From sequence record DRR723986_9956: a DNA stretch of 38,245 nucleotides; one strand, written 5' to 3'. Every line of letters starts with the position of its first letter. Position 1 is the stretch's first letter. Below the pieces are notes generated by a model. That model ran no database searches and had not been told where the DNA came from. It worked only from the letters and a program-made list of their open reading frames with translations. Shown piece by piece: positions 8,817-19,353 of this stretch. A program made the position numbers and the translations under genes.

Positions 8817-11800
8817 TTAGAATGTCACATTAAGTCCGAAGGAAACCTTCTTAATAAATGGATAATTACCCCCATTGTTGATACCTGTCAAATCAGCATC
8901 AAGCCCATCTGGCAGATGATCAAAATTCAATAGATTTTCTCCTGACACATACATTCTAAATCGAGTGATCTTAAGTTTATCCAATAGCTGATCACTTAAT
9001 GTGTAGCCAACGGTAATATTCTGAAGTCTTAGATAAGCTCCATTAGCCAAATATTTAGTTTGGACTCTTCTACTGTTTCCGTAATTGCCGCCTCCATTTG
9101 GATAGTTTCTTGGATAATAAGCATCCGGATTCTCAGGTGTCCAGTAATCCAGCTGGTGTGCATACACAGTTGTGAATTCAAAAGTATATGGGAAAGAAAC
9201 CGGGTTGTCGATCCAAACATCTCGCTGACCAATGCCTCTAATTAGAAATGAGAGATCAAAATTGCTATAGGAAACATAGCCATTTACGCCAAATTCCATC
9301 CCTCTAGTAGAGTTACCAATAATAGACCGATCTCCAGGATCGTCTAATGTACTATTGCCAGTAAAAATTTCCCCATCTCCATTAAGATCAAGATATTTTA
9401 TATCTCCTGGGTTTTGATTAACTCCTTTGTATGATGGCACTCCATCTTTCAATTCTCCATTTAATAAATTATCATCTAGTGAACCTTCAACAAAATCATC
9501 TATGGTGTAATACCCATCCGTGGTGAATCCCCAGATTTCATTGATATTCTGACCTACATAAAACTGACTTAGAAGCCCAGCTTCATTCTGGAAACGAGTA
9601 ATCTCAGTATTACTGTTGTAAAGATTAAAACCTAAGCTATAATTAAGCTTATTAAAATTTTCACGCCATTTTATATCGAGCTCCCATCCGATGGTTTTTA
9701 AATCTGCCACATTTTGTAGAGGAGCAGTTGCTCCTAATACACCAGGAAGTTGAGTTCCTGCGGCTAGCATATCCAGTGTTTGTCTGTTATACCAGTCGAA
9801 TGTTGTAAACAACTTATTTTCAAACAATCCAAAATCAACCCCCACGTTAGTAGTCCTTACTCTTTCCCAAGAGTAATTCGCACTTACAAGACCAGGGGCA
9901 CTTAAACTCACTGCTCTTACGCCAGTATCATTGTCTATCCAGCCAATATTTGATGAATTCATTGTAGGTAGGTAAGGATAATTGCCCCAAGCTCCTTCTA
10001 CTGCCTGATTTCCAATTTCCCCCCAAGAACCTCTCAACTTAAGTTCTGTGATCGCTTTTGCTACACCTGCCATAAATGGTTCTCTACTCACTTTCCAGGC
10101 ACCTGAGAATGAAGGGAAAAATCCGAAACGATTTCCTTCAGGGAACCTAGAAGAGCCATCATATCTACCATTTGCCTCCAATAAATATTTATCTTTAAAC
10201 TGGTAGTTTGCTCTACCAAAGAACCCTACAATACCATAATCGGTATAAAAATCACTCACATTGACCACACCAGTAGCAGTAGAAAGTCCTGGGTTGGAAG
10301 GTGAAATCAATTCCTGTCTAAAAGCATTAAAGCCTTCATTGACAGAAACCTGATTGTTCATCCCAACCATAAAATTGAAATCGTGCTCACCAAAAGATTT
10401 GTCATACTTACCATACAGATTGACAGCATGGTAATTCCTTTTATTCGAACTAGTAAAATAGGAAGATGCTCCTGGATTGTAAGGTGTGATAGAAAGAGTA
10501 GCCGGATTGATCATGGTCGGAGTAAACGACGGTGAACTAATCTCATTTCTACTTTTTTCAAAAGTATACTCAGCATTAAGCTCCATTCCAGGCAATGGCT
10601 TATAGGTACCTTTCAAAAAGAATCGAATCACTTCTTCAAAATTCTCACGCTCGGGAGAGTACCTGATCATATTTGCCGGTGTAGCAAATGGAATTTGCTC
10701 ACTCCCACCTAAGTTGTCACTTCCTATAGGAGTTGCAGAATGAAAGTTAATGGCACTGTAATACAGATTATTCCAGTTACCACTCAGAGGACCTGTTCTC
10801 AATCCATTTTTATAGATGGTATTAAGCGTAGTACTGAATTTTGGGCTAAACTGTGTAGTGAGGTCAACATTCGCAGTATATCGAGTATAACTATCCTTAT
10901 CAGTCACCATGATCCCATCTTCGTCATTAAAACCAAGTGATACTCTATACGATGTGTTTTCACTACCTCCTTTGACCGAAAGGTTGTGAATCTGCTCAAA
11001 ACCGTTAGAACCTAGGAACTCGCCATATAAATCATTCTCTCTTACATAGTAACGAAGTCCATTCGGGTCAGTAATATACCCTTCAGGATAAGCACCAGGG
11101 TTTGCGTTGTAATCATTGATGTAACCAATCCAATCTGAAACATTTTGTCCAGTCCAATAAGTCTGCTGCCCCCAATCGTCCAACGCGGTAACGAATTCAA
11201 GAGGAGAAGCTTTCTCTGGCAAGGTACTTGGCTTTGTGAAACCAAAATTATTTGAATATTCCAGTTTCATTGGTTGCTTTAAACCTCCAGTTTTGGTCGT
11301 TATTAAGATAACTCCGAAAGCGGCTTCAGCACCATAAATAGAGGCTGCAGAAGCGTCCTTAAGAACAACTACATTTTCAATATCCCTAGGGTTGACATCA
11401 TCCAGACTCATGGGAACATTATTTACCAGTACAAGTGGGGATCCCCCGTTGATTGAAGTAAATCCTCTAATATTAATGTTCGTCCCAGAACCAGGCTGAC
11501 CGCTACCATAGGTAATCTGTAATCCTGGAACAGTACCCTGTAGTGCTTTTGCAGCATCTGTAACAGGTCTATCTCCAAGTACTCTGTCCATTTTCACAGA
11601 AGTAACGGCACCGGAAATATCTTCCCGCTCCTTACTCCCAAAACCAACCACAACAACTTCTTCCAGCCCTTCCATATCTTCTTCCAGCACAATATCTACT
11701 CGATCTTGTGCACCGACTGCAACCTCTTGCTTTAGGTAACCAATGTAGCTAACCACCAAAACAGCACCTTCATCAGGCACAGTAAGTGTATAGTTTCCAT

Positions 11801-12299
11801 CTAGATCAGTGACAGTACCTTGTACACTACCTTTTAAAAGAATATTTGCACCAGGTACCCCTAAACCATCTATAGCTGAAGTGACCTTTCCAGAAATTTC
11901 TCTCTGCTTCTGTTCTTGTCTAACAACCTTTTCTTTAGAAGCTACTGAGTTGACACTGATCGTCTCATTCACTTGTTTAAATTTCAGTTGGGATTGCTGC
12001 GCGATTTCTCCCAGAAATGCTGCAACAGAAGCCCGACTGTTTTTCAGAATTACTTTTTTTGACAGATCTACACCAGCATCTGTATAGAAAAATGTAAAAG
12101 GGCTTTTCCTTTCAATTTCTCTGAAAGCATCTTTTATAGACAACTCTCTAGGTTGCATGGAAATCACAACCTTTTCTATATCATCGGCCTGAGTCAGCTC
12201 ATCTGCCACAGCAGTAGAAAAGACTGACATCCCCAGCAGGAGGACTACTAAAAGGCCTAGATTTAGCAACGGATTTAAAACACGTAAACTCTTAATCAT
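8817..12299 (-). CDS. SusC/RagA TonB-dependent transducer with N-terminal STN domain
   Basis: STN-like 'SIKDAFREIERKSPFTFFY', carboxypeptidase-regulatory-like domain, LEEVVVVGFG, SusC signature 'DIENVVVLKDASAASIYG..AAFGVILITTK', RYDGSSRF and C-terminal F. Confidence 0.96.
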   Translation of the reverse strand: MIKSLRVLNPLLNLGLLVVLLLGMSVFSTAVADELTQADDIEKVVISMQPRELSIKDAFREIERKSPFTFFYTDAGVDLSKKVILKNSRASVAAFLGEIAQQSQLKFKQVNETISVNSVASKEKVVRQEQKQREISGKVTSAIDGLGVPGANILLKGSVQGTVTDLDGNYTLTVPDEGAVLVVSYIGYLKQEVAVGAQDRVDIVLEEDMEGLEEVVVVGFGSKEREDISGAVTSVKMDRVLGDRPVTDAAKALQGTVPGLQITYGSGQPGSGTNINIRGFTSINGGSPLVLVNNVPMSLDDVNPRDIENVVVLKDASAASIYGAEAAFGVILITTKTGGLKQPMKLEYSNNFGFTKPSTLPEKASPLEFVTALDDWGQQTYWTGQNVSDWIGYINDYNANPGAYPEGYITDPNGLRYYVRENDLYGEFLGSNGFEQIHNLSVKGGSENTSYRVSLGFNDEDGIMVTDKDSYTRYTANVDLTTQFSPKFSTTLNTIYKNGLRTGPLSGNWNNLYYSAINFHSATPIGSDNLGGSEQIPFATPANMIRYSPERENFEEVIRFFLKGTYKPLPGMELNAEYTFEKSRNEISSPSFTPTMINPATLSITPYNPGASSYFTSSNKRNYHAVNLYGKYDKSFGEHDFNFMVGMNNQVSVNEGFNAFRQELISPSNPGLSTATGVVNVSDFYTDYGIVGFFGRANYQFKDKYLLEANGRYDGSSRFPEGNRFGFFPSFSGAWKVSREPFMAGVAKAITELKLRGSWGEIGNQAVEGAWGNYPYLPTMNSSNIGWIDNDTGVRAVSLSAPGLVSANYSWERVRTTNVGVDFGLFENKLFTTFDWYNRQTLDMLAAGTQLPGVLGATAPLQNVADLKTIGWELDIKWRENFNKLNYSLGFNLYNSNTEITRFQNEAGLLSQFYVGQNINEIWGFTTDGYYTIDDFVEGSLDDNLLNGELKDGVPSYKGVNQNPGDIKYLDLNGDGEIFTGNSTLDDPGDRSIIGNSTRGMEFGVNGYVSYSNFDLSFLIRGIGQRDVWIDNPVSFPYTFEFTTVYAHQLDYWTPENPDAYYPRNYPNGGGNYGNSRRVQTKYLANGAYLRLQNITVGYTLSDQLLDKLKITRFRMYVSGENLLNFDHLPDGLDADLTGINNGGNYPFIKKVSFGLNVTF

Positions 12300-12389
12300 A
12301 GTACATCATTTAACATTAGGTTTATTATTTAATTCTCTTTGGACATCTATATCACTGATAGACAGTAGTTAATAGGACTTAACACAAAA

Positions 12390-13427
12390 TCACTCTTTGG
12401 TGAAATTCACAAACACTGTATCCCTATTTATTCTATAATTAAAGTGATTTGAATAACTAAGAACTTCTAAAACATTTTCCAGAGTTTCTCCTTCTTGAAA
12501 TTTGCCCACTCCCTTAGCTTTGTTGATATTTCCTTTCACTTCAAACTTTACCCCATACCATCTTTCTAAATTTTTGAATATATCTTCAAAAGGAAAATTT
12601 CGAAACTCCAATACACCTGAAGTCCATTGAGTTTCCCGGGTGATATCTCCTTTCTTTTTCTCAAAAACGTCTTGTTCTGTAGCTAAAACCGCCTTTTCCC
12701 CTGGCTCGAGAATGAAAGCCTCATTACTCTGAGAATGGTTAACTCTTACTTTTCCCTCTACTAGTAATACCTCCACTTTACTTTCATTTTCATAAGCTTT
12801 GACATTAAAAATGGTCCCCAAGGCTTCGGTATTGAGACCAAGGCTTTTTACCACAAAAGGATGTAAACTATCTTTTGCCACATTGATATAAGCCTCTCCT
12901 ATCAGTTCAAGATTTCTATTCACAGCAAAATCCTCTGCGTAGACTATGGAGCTTTCAGAATTGAGGGAAACCATAGAGCCATCTGGCAATTGAAATTTGG
13001 ACTTAACCCCCGCAGGATTTGATCTGGTTATTTGCTTTATTTGAACTTGCGCCACTTCAGGAACTGAGTCAGTCGAAGTTATTTTTTGAAAAATAAAAGG
13101 CACACCAAGTATGAAAATCAAAATAGCCGCAACTTTATACCAAATAGGAATTGAAGCTCGTTTTGAGTAGCCTTTTAAATCAGGCTTAGTGATAGGTTTC
13201 TCATTCTCTAAATTGAAAGCAGACTTCTCTTTATTAATTTTTTCAAGAAGTGAACTCTTATCCCAATCGGCGTAGTCCTTTGTACTTTCTTCGCTCCAAT
13301 TAGCTTCCAATTTGGACTCTAGAAAAATCTTACCCTCGGTGGTATCAAGCCAAGCTGAAAACTCTGCAGCTTCAACTTTTGACATTTTACCTTCAAAAAA
13401 ATTATTAAACTCCTGATTCTTGTTCAT
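12390..13427 (-). CDS. FecR-family anti-sigma factor
   Basis: Single TM (WYKVAAILIFILGV), LPDGSMVSLNSES, GEAY, ALGTIFNV, and C-terminal 'W..G.L.F...LERWYGV'. Confidence 0.93.
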   Translation of the reverse strand: MNKNQEFNNFFEGKMSKVEAAEFSAWLDTTEGKIFLESKLEANWSEESTKDYADWDKSSLLEKINKEKSAFNLENEKPITKPDLKGYSKRASIPIWYKVAAILIFILGVPFIFQKITSTDSVPEVAQVQIKQITRSNPAGVKSKFQLPDGSMVSLNSESSIVYAEDFAVNRNLELIGEAYINVAKDSLHPFVVKSLGLNTEALGTIFNVKAYENESKVEVLLVEGKVRVNHSQSNEAFILEPGEKAVLATEQDVFEKKKGDITRETQWTSGVLEFRNFPFEDIFKNLERWYGVKFEVKGNINKAKGVGKFQEGETLENVLEVLSYSNHFNYRINRDTVFVNFTKE

Positions 13428-13451
13428 CCAGTATCTCTATTTGAATTATAT

Positions 13452-13475
13452 AGACACCAGACTTTAAAAAGTCCC
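13452..13475 (-). promoter_or_regulatory. Candidate ECF-sigma promoter upstream of left fecR
   Basis: Minus strand GGGAC-N13-GTGTCT about 25 nt upstream of the fecR ATG, containing the inverted repeat GACTTT-AA-AAAGTC. TGTCTAT recurs upstream of susC near 12358-12364. Assignment is inference. Confidence 0.35.
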
Positions 13476-13550
13476 ACTGGATTATTAAAAAAAATTTAAA
13501 ATTTAATTTCAGGATAGCTAACCAACGCCAAAGATGTACAATGAAAAAGT

Positions 13551-14135
13551 CTAATCTAACAAACTAAAAATCATCAAGAGGGCAATAATTTCTCTATCCT
13601 TTATCCTTGTTTTCAGAAACTTGTTAGCCTCAACCAATTGATTTTTAACGGTCTTTTTGGAAATATTTAACTTTTCAGCAATCTCATCCAAAGAAAAAGA
13701 CTCCATCCTTTTCAGCATAAAAACCTCTCGTTGCCGGGGAGGAAGTTTCTCTACCTCGCGCAATGATGCTTCTAGCATTTCTGCATAAATCAACTCATCC
13801 TCAGTTTGATTAGCAATAAAATCTATAGTAGAAACCCATTCATTAGTTTGCAATAATTGCCTTGCATTCCGTTGACAAAGACGCACAACGATGGATTTTA
13901 AAATAGAAAGCAAATAAGCATTAAAGCTCAATGAAGGGTCTAGCCTTTCTCTATTTTTCCAAATTTTGATAAAAGTCTCTTGAACTACACCTTCAGCATC
14001 TTCATGACTTAAACTCATTTTTCGGGAAGTGCTATAGATCTTTAATGCATACTTAGCATACAAAAAATTAAATGCAGACTCTGAACCCGACCTGAGCTCC
14101 TTCACATGGACAGCATCTTCCCCACAAGTTGTCAT
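13551..14135 (-). CDS. ECF sigma-70 factor
   Basis: Region 2 'AFNFLY..Y...DAEGVVQETFIKIW' and region 4 'LPPRQREVFML...SLDEIAEKLNISKKTVKNQL'. Adjacent to fecR. Confidence 0.94.
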   Translation of the reverse strand: MTTCGEDAVHVKELRSGSESAFNFLYAKYALKIYSTSRKMSLSHEDAEGVVQETFIKIWKNRERLDPSLSFNAYLLSILKSIVVRLCQRNARQLLQTNEWVSTIDFIANQTEDELIYAEMLEASLREVEKLPPRQREVFMLKRMESFSLDEIAEKLNISKKTVKNQLVEANKFLKTRIKDREIIALLMIFSLLD

Positions 14136-14167
14136 TTAAAATTTAGTCTAGATTGGGCTATTTTATA

Positions 14168-14194
14168 CGAAGCTAATTAACAAAATTTCTGCAA
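14168..14194 (-). promoter_or_regulatory. Candidate housekeeping promoter for the left ECF sigma gene
   Basis: Minus strand TTG-N16-TAGCTTCG, a near match to TTG...TAnnTTTG with a short spacer, about 30 nt upstream of the ATG. Confidence 0.3.
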
Positions 14195-14309
14195 CTTTCT
14201 AGTTCTTTTGCACTAATTACCACTATTTTCAAGGATCGGTAGCGTGCAAGAAGTATTTATTTCTGATTTGTAAATCAGTGAATTATCCGAATTCTTCAAC
14301 TCCAATGAA

Positions 14310-16199
14310 CTACCTATACTCAAACGTATTAGGCACCAATCCTAAACTCCCAAGGAAATCTTTACTCGCTGCAGAAGTATTGTATTCAGCATCACCTCTT
14401 CCATAAACTTCCTTCATCACTTCAATAAAAGGTTCTTTGTGGCTGGAATAAATCAGGTAATTAATTGCCATAAGAGCTAAATGCCTATTGGAATCCAATA
14501 CTGAATCCTTAAGTAGCTTTTCTGCCCCTTTACTTTGATTTAACTCATATAGAATCGCAGCCATGGTGATCGCAACGGGAGAGTAAGTATCATCCAGTTT
14601 ACTTGATAATTGTTCGGCAAATGGCGAGAGCAAATTCCTATCCTGAGACATTAATCCCAGCGCCGCCCAATATCGAATGATTTCATTTTCTGATTGCAAA
14701 TATTCCAATTGCTGAAGCAGCACTTCCTGATTTCGAAACCCTGCAAGCTTTGCTACCTCATATATTTCAGCAAGAGGATATTTGGAAATTTCTAGGCGAT
14801 ATTCATAAGGATTGGAGCTAGATGAGATTTTATCCAATTCATATTCTGGCAAAAACATTACATCTTTTCTCTCAAGAATTTGTTCATCAAGTTCTCCCCT
14901 CATCTTGGCAGCCAACTCTTGAAATCCAGGTTTATTGATCAGGTTATTTGTTTCCCAGATATCTTTTTCAATATCATATAGGACTTCTGCTTCACGAGGC
15001 TCAAATATGCTTTTTTGCAAAGGATCCAAGGCATTGTTTTTATAGTCGCTCCACATAATCTGCTTGATATCTCCGATCTCCATATACCTGATATATCTAG
15101 CCTCAGGCATAAATGGCATATAGTTCCTGGAATAAATATACCTTCCATCAGTGACCGTACGAACCATATCTATACCATTGTCAGATCGATCAGAAGAAAG
15201 AAACACCTTATTTACCTCAGGGCTTCTACGCTCTCCAATCAACACTCTTCCCTTTAGATAATCAGGAGCTTTTCCTCCAGCAAGACTGATCAATGTAGGC
15301 GCAAGATCCTCGAAACTAATAAGTTCCTCCGTTCTCCCACCTATTTCCCAAGGGGACAAATGCTTATATTTTTCAGGAAACCAAATTGTAAATGGAACTC
15401 TGTATCCAAAGTTAATCCCATTGGTTTTGCCTCGTGGCATTCCTTCTCCATGGTCAGCATAAATGAAAATAATGGTCTCATCCAATAACCCATCTTCCTC
15501 TAGTCTGGCTATAAGCTCACCAATTCTGTTGTCCGTTAGTTTCAAGCTATTATACACCCTAGCCATCTGCTTTCGCATCTCTGGACTATCCCTGTAAAAA
15601 GGAGGCATCTCAAACTCATTTTCGCCAATTCTATCTTCTTCAGGCAATTGCTCCAACACCTCCTTCACATACCACTCATAAGGATTGGTCATGGTACGGG
15701 ACTGATGAGATTCGTTGAAATTGAATACTGAGAAAAAAGGTTGTCCCTCCTTCCTATTCCACCACCCTGCATTTCCGGAGCTTTCATCCCAAGCTTCAGC
15801 AATGAATCCTTTCTCATTAGCAACATTATAGTCCGTTTTACTATTGTTAGTCGCATAGTATCCAGCTTGCTTCAAATAGAATGGGAAACCTTTAATTTCC
15901 GACGGAATCGGGTAATTACTGCGATGATTTCCTGTTCCCAATTCATAGGTCTTCACTCCAGTAATTATAGTGGATCGGCTTGGTGAACAAACAGTTCCGG
16001 TAGAAAAAGCATTGGTAAACTGTACTCCTTCCCGTGTGAATTCATCCATGACAGGAGTACTGGAATCCTTATTTCCATAGCTCCCGATAAATTGTGGAGA
16101 GGTGTCTTCAATAGTAATCCAAAGGATATTTGGTTGCTGAGCAAAGCCGGAAAAACTGATAAACGCTATTGCAAGTAATATTGCTTTCAAAAACTTCAT
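14310..16199 (-). CDS. Formylglycine-dependent sulfatase (S1_8-like) with C-terminal HEAT-like repeats
   Basis: Sec signal (GFA|Q), WITIED, CSPSRSTIITG and DHGEGMPRGK. C-terminal helical repeats 'LQSENEIIRYWAALGL', 'LDDTYSPVAITMAAIL' and 'LDSNRHLALMAINYL'. Confidence 0.9.
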   Translation of the reverse strand: MKFLKAILLAIAFISFSGFAQQPNILWITIEDTSPQFIGSYGNKDSSTPVMDEFTREGVQFTNAFSTGTVCSPSRSTIITGVKTYELGTGNHRSNYPIPSEIKGFPFYLKQAGYYATNNSKTDYNVANEKGFIAEAWDESSGNAGWWNRKEGQPFFSVFNFNESHQSRTMTNPYEWYVKEVLEQLPEEDRIGENEFEMPPFYRDSPEMRKQMARVYNSLKLTDNRIGELIARLEEDGLLDETIIFIYADHGEGMPRGKTNGINFGYRVPFTIWFPEKYKHLSPWEIGGRTEELISFEDLAPTLISLAGGKAPDYLKGRVLIGERRSPEVNKVFLSSDRSDNGIDMVRTVTDGRYIYSRNYMPFMPEARYIRYMEIGDIKQIMWSDYKNNALDPLQKSIFEPREAEVLYDIEKDIWETNNLINKPGFQELAAKMRGELDEQILERKDVMFLPEYELDKISSSSNPYEYRLEISKYPLAEIYEVAKLAGFRNQEVLLQQLEYLQSENEIIRYWAALGLMSQDRNLLSPFAEQLSSKLDDTYSPVAITMAAILYELNQSKGAEKLLKDSVLDSNRHLALMAINYLIYSSHKEPFIEVMKEVYGRGDAEYNTSAASKDFLGSLGLVPNTFEYR

Positions 16200-16245
16200 G
16201 TTGGGCTTTAGTTAATTAATAAAGTAATTGTGAGAAATGTTAATC

Positions 16246-17649
16246 TTAGTCACCTATTCTCTTTTCTAACTGAGTTTCTCCAAAGACCATCACGGCAGAA
16301 TGTTGCTTGGCTATTTCTGTGACTTCTTGTACGATTTCAGGATGCAAATCCGCCAAATCAAATCGCTCAGAAGGATCATGCCCCAAATTGAAGAGGGTCA
16401 ACTTTTCAAGTTTCTCAACTTTGGCAGGATATCCAGCAGGATTATTACTGTAGAAATAGAGTTTAAAATCACCTTTGCGTACCGCAAAAAGACGATCTCC
16501 ATGGTAGTAAAACATCTCATCCCTAGGAGTACTGTCTTCTCCTTTGAAAACAGGACTTAAATCAAATCCATCGTAAACACGATCCTGTGGCATTTTTGCG
16601 CCAGCAAGCGAAGTAATGGTGGGCAATAAATCCAATGTACTTCCCATTTTGGAAATCACGCCTGGTTTCACATTTCCAGGACCCCAGATTACTGTAGGCA
16701 CCCGCACCCCACCTTCATAGCTTGTACCTTTTCCGCCAAAAAGTGAACCTGCACTTCCACCCTGCTCATTGTAAACCAACCAAGGACCATTATCAGAAGT
16801 GAAGATCACATAGGTATTTTGATCAAGGCCATTTGCTTTCAAAGCACTTAAAATCTCTCCCACTGACCAATCTATTTCTTCAATCACATCTCCATACAAA
16901 CCGCGTTCGCTAGTTCCTCTGAAATCTCCTGAGGCAAAAAGTGGCACATGAGGAAGTGAATGTGCCAAATAAAGGAAGAATGGTTTGTCCTTAGTAGTAT
17001 TGATGAAATTGACCGCTTCCTCAGCATATCTTTTGGTGATGGTATTTTGATCCGCAGGCCGCTCGATAATCTCCGTATTTCTCATCAGCGGCACATTGAA
17101 ATACTCCTTTTTTGGATCAGCAAAAGCTTCTTTGGCTGTACCATCAATCACCTGATCCATGTCATTGCTATAGGGAATTCCAAAGTAGGAATCAAAGCCA
17201 TGGCTGGTTGGCAAATACTGCGGAAGATGTCCCAAATGCCATTTTCCTATCGCTGCGGTGGCATATCCAGAACCCTTGAGAAGTGTGGCTATAGTATTCT
17301 CATAGGCTGGCAAACCGCCATCAGAATCTGGAAAAAGCACTCGTCTTGTATTTGAATACATCCCTGTCCTCACAGGCATTCTACCAGTCAAAATCGCAGA
17401 TCTACTTGGCGTGCAGACATTGGCAGCAACATAGAAACTGGTCCACTTCTGCCCTTCAGACGCCATTTGATCAATATTTGGAGTCTTGATCGTAGGATGA
17501 CCAAAAGTCCCCAAATCTCCATAACCCTGATCATCGGTGAAAATAATAATGAAATTGGGTTTGCTTTTCTTTGCGTTTTGGGCGAAAACCTGCGCTCCGG
17601 AAAAGAGTAGAATCAAAGTGAAATGAGTAAAAAAAATGAGCTTATTCAT
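16246..17649 (-). CDS. Arylsulfatase A-like sulfatase (S1_14-like)
   Basis: Sec signal (VFA|Q), DDQGYGD, CTPSRSAILTGR, GKWHLG, FGIPYSNDM, PHVP, SDNGPW and KGTSYEGG. Confidence 0.94.
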   Translation of the reverse strand: MNKLIFFTHFTLILLFSGAQVFAQNAKKSKPNFIIIFTDDQGYGDLGTFGHPTIKTPNIDQMASEGQKWTSFYVAANVCTPSRSAILTGRMPVRTGMYSNTRRVLFPDSDGGLPAYENTIATLLKGSGYATAAIGKWHLGHLPQYLPTSHGFDSYFGIPYSNDMDQVIDGTAKEAFADPKKEYFNVPLMRNTEIIERPADQNTITKRYAEEAVNFINTTKDKPFFLYLAHSLPHVPLFASGDFRGTSERGLYGDVIEEIDWSVGEILSALKANGLDQNTYVIFTSDNGPWLVYNEQGGSAGSLFGGKGTSYEGGVRVPTVIWGPGNVKPGVISKMGSTLDLLPTITSLAGAKMPQDRVYDGFDLSPVFKGEDSTPRDEMFYYHGDRLFAVRKGDFKLYFYSNNPAGYPAKVEKLEKLTLFNLGHDPSERFDLADLHPEIVQEVTEIAKQHSAVMVFGETQLEKRIGD

Positions 17650-17719
17650 AATCGAAATAGGATTAGAGGTTTATTGTAGAAGTCAATCTATCAAAAAAAA
17701 CAGGACTTTGGCAGTATCA

Positions 17720-19321
17720 TTACTTTTCTTGAAAATCCTTCTCAAAATCTGATTTGTTCACCCAGCCAGCATTCATTTTTTCACCCTTCATGTAGCGATT
17801 ATAGAAATCCTTGGAAGCATCACCAGAATAAGGATATTCATCAAAAATATGCCCTTTGCCAAACATTCTAGGGTCATTTTGTCCTCTCAATTCTTCAAAC
17901 AATCGCTCTTTCAACTGCTCTTTGATCATCTGATATTCAGGGTGAATCGCAAGATTTTGCATAGCAAATGGATCAGAAACTCTTTTAAAAAGCTCTTCAG
18001 CTGGTCTCTTCCCAAATGATAATTCCCAGTTCACAGAAGTCTGATTAGCTCTTCGCTCATTCAAAATCTGGGTTTTGGTCGGGCTACCATCCGTGTTCAA
18101 ATAGCCTGTCTCAGGATTTCCAGCTGGCCATCTGTCTGTTTCAAAATTATGCAGGTAAATGTAGTCGGCTGTCACTATGCCTCGAATCGGATAGCCCTGA
18201 TCATCGGGCCGACCTACATCATGCCGCTCTTTACCAATTAATACATGATCTCTAGCTGAATCCACTTGCCCAGCTTCCTCACTTTTGAAAATATCCAAAA
18301 GGCTTTTACCAGTAATCGCAGCCATTTTCACTGAGTCAGTTGGGACTTCAGCAACATCTAGAAATGTAGGGGCGAAATCTATGAAACTGATAAAATCATC
18401 AATGATTCTTCCCGACTTTGCAATTCCATCTTGCCACATGATCGCCAGTGGAAGATGATTGGAATACTCATATTCCTGGCCTTTGATCCTTGGAAATGGC
18501 ATTCCATTATCTGCGGTGACAACTATAATCGTATTAGCCAGTTCTCCTCTTCGTTCCAGTTCATCAATCATGCGCTGAAGATGCTGGTCGAAATACTCTA
18601 TTTCATAGGCATAATCCAGCATATCCGTGCGCACGGTATCTGTATCTGGCCAAAAAGGAGGAACAGCATCTATGTCTTCCAACTTCTTATTTCCCTTGCT
18701 CAGACCTGACTGGTACTCATAAGCTCGGTGAGGCTCGGTAGAACCATACCAAAAAACAAAAGGCTGTTCACCTTCCTTTTGATCCAAAAAGTCCGCAAAG
18801 TTTTTAGCGTAATCATTCCCGTTAATCTGGGAAGTAGGCGCTTCAGTTTTGTACTTGTTAAAAGCGGGACCTGTCAATTCCCTTCTTTTCCCATTTACTT
18901 CACCTGGATTTCCTGGCGCCCAGCCTTTTGCCGTATGCCCACCATGGTAACCGCTGCTGATCAACTGCTCCATAATCGTGGTAAATTTTGCTGGGAAATC
19001 TGGCGAATGATTTGCTGCTTCCTCCAATTGCCAGGAATTTCGTCCTGTTAAAATAGCAGCTCTGGAAGGAGCGCACTTCGCGTTTGGCGTATAGGCATTC
19101 ATAAATAATAAGCCTTCTTTTGCCACATAATCGAAAGCTGGAGTGCTAACCCATTTGGTCCCGTAAGCTCCCATATGAGGAAAAGAAGCATCATCCATGA
19201 TCGCAAAGAGAATATTTGGGCGCTTCGACGTATATGATTCCTCCTCAGATTGACAGGAAAAAAAAGATGCAGAAATCACCAACACCAGTATTCCCAAACT
19301 TCGATTCATTCTCATATGCAC
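17720..19321 (-). CDS. Lipoprotein sulfatase, N-sulfoglucosamine sulfohydrolase-like (S1_8-like); true start may be a slightly downstream Met
   Basis: Lipobox FFS|C followed by acidic [33 protein letters not shown] and KERHD. Confidence 0.92.
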   Translation of the reverse strand: MHMRMNRSLGILVLVISASFFSCQSEEESYTSKRPNILFAIMDDASFPHMGAYGTKWVSTPAFDYVAKEGLLFMNAYTPNAKCAPSRAAILTGRNSWQLEEAANHSPDFPAKFTTIMEQLISSGYHGGHTAKGWAPGNPGEVNGKRRELTGPAFNKYKTEAPTSQINGNDYAKNFADFLDQKEGEQPFVFWYGSTEPHRAYEYQSGLSKGNKKLEDIDAVPPFWPDTDTVRTDMLDYAYEIEYFDQHLQRMIDELERRGELANTIIVVTADNGMPFPRIKGQEYEYSNHLPLAIMWQDGIAKSGRIIDDFISFIDFAPTFLDVAEVPTDSVKMAAITGKSLLDIFKSEEAGQVDSARDHVLIGKERHDVGRPDDQGYPIRGIVTADYIYLHNFETDRWPAGNPETGYLNTDGSPTKTQILNERRANQTSVNWELSFGKRPAEELFKRVSDPFAMQNLAIHPEYQMIKEQLKERLFEELRGQNDPRMFGKGHIFDEYPYSGDASKDFYNRYMKGEKMNAGWVNKSDFEKDFQEK

Positions 19322-19353
19322 AATGGATTAACGGATTTTAATTTAAGCGAACA

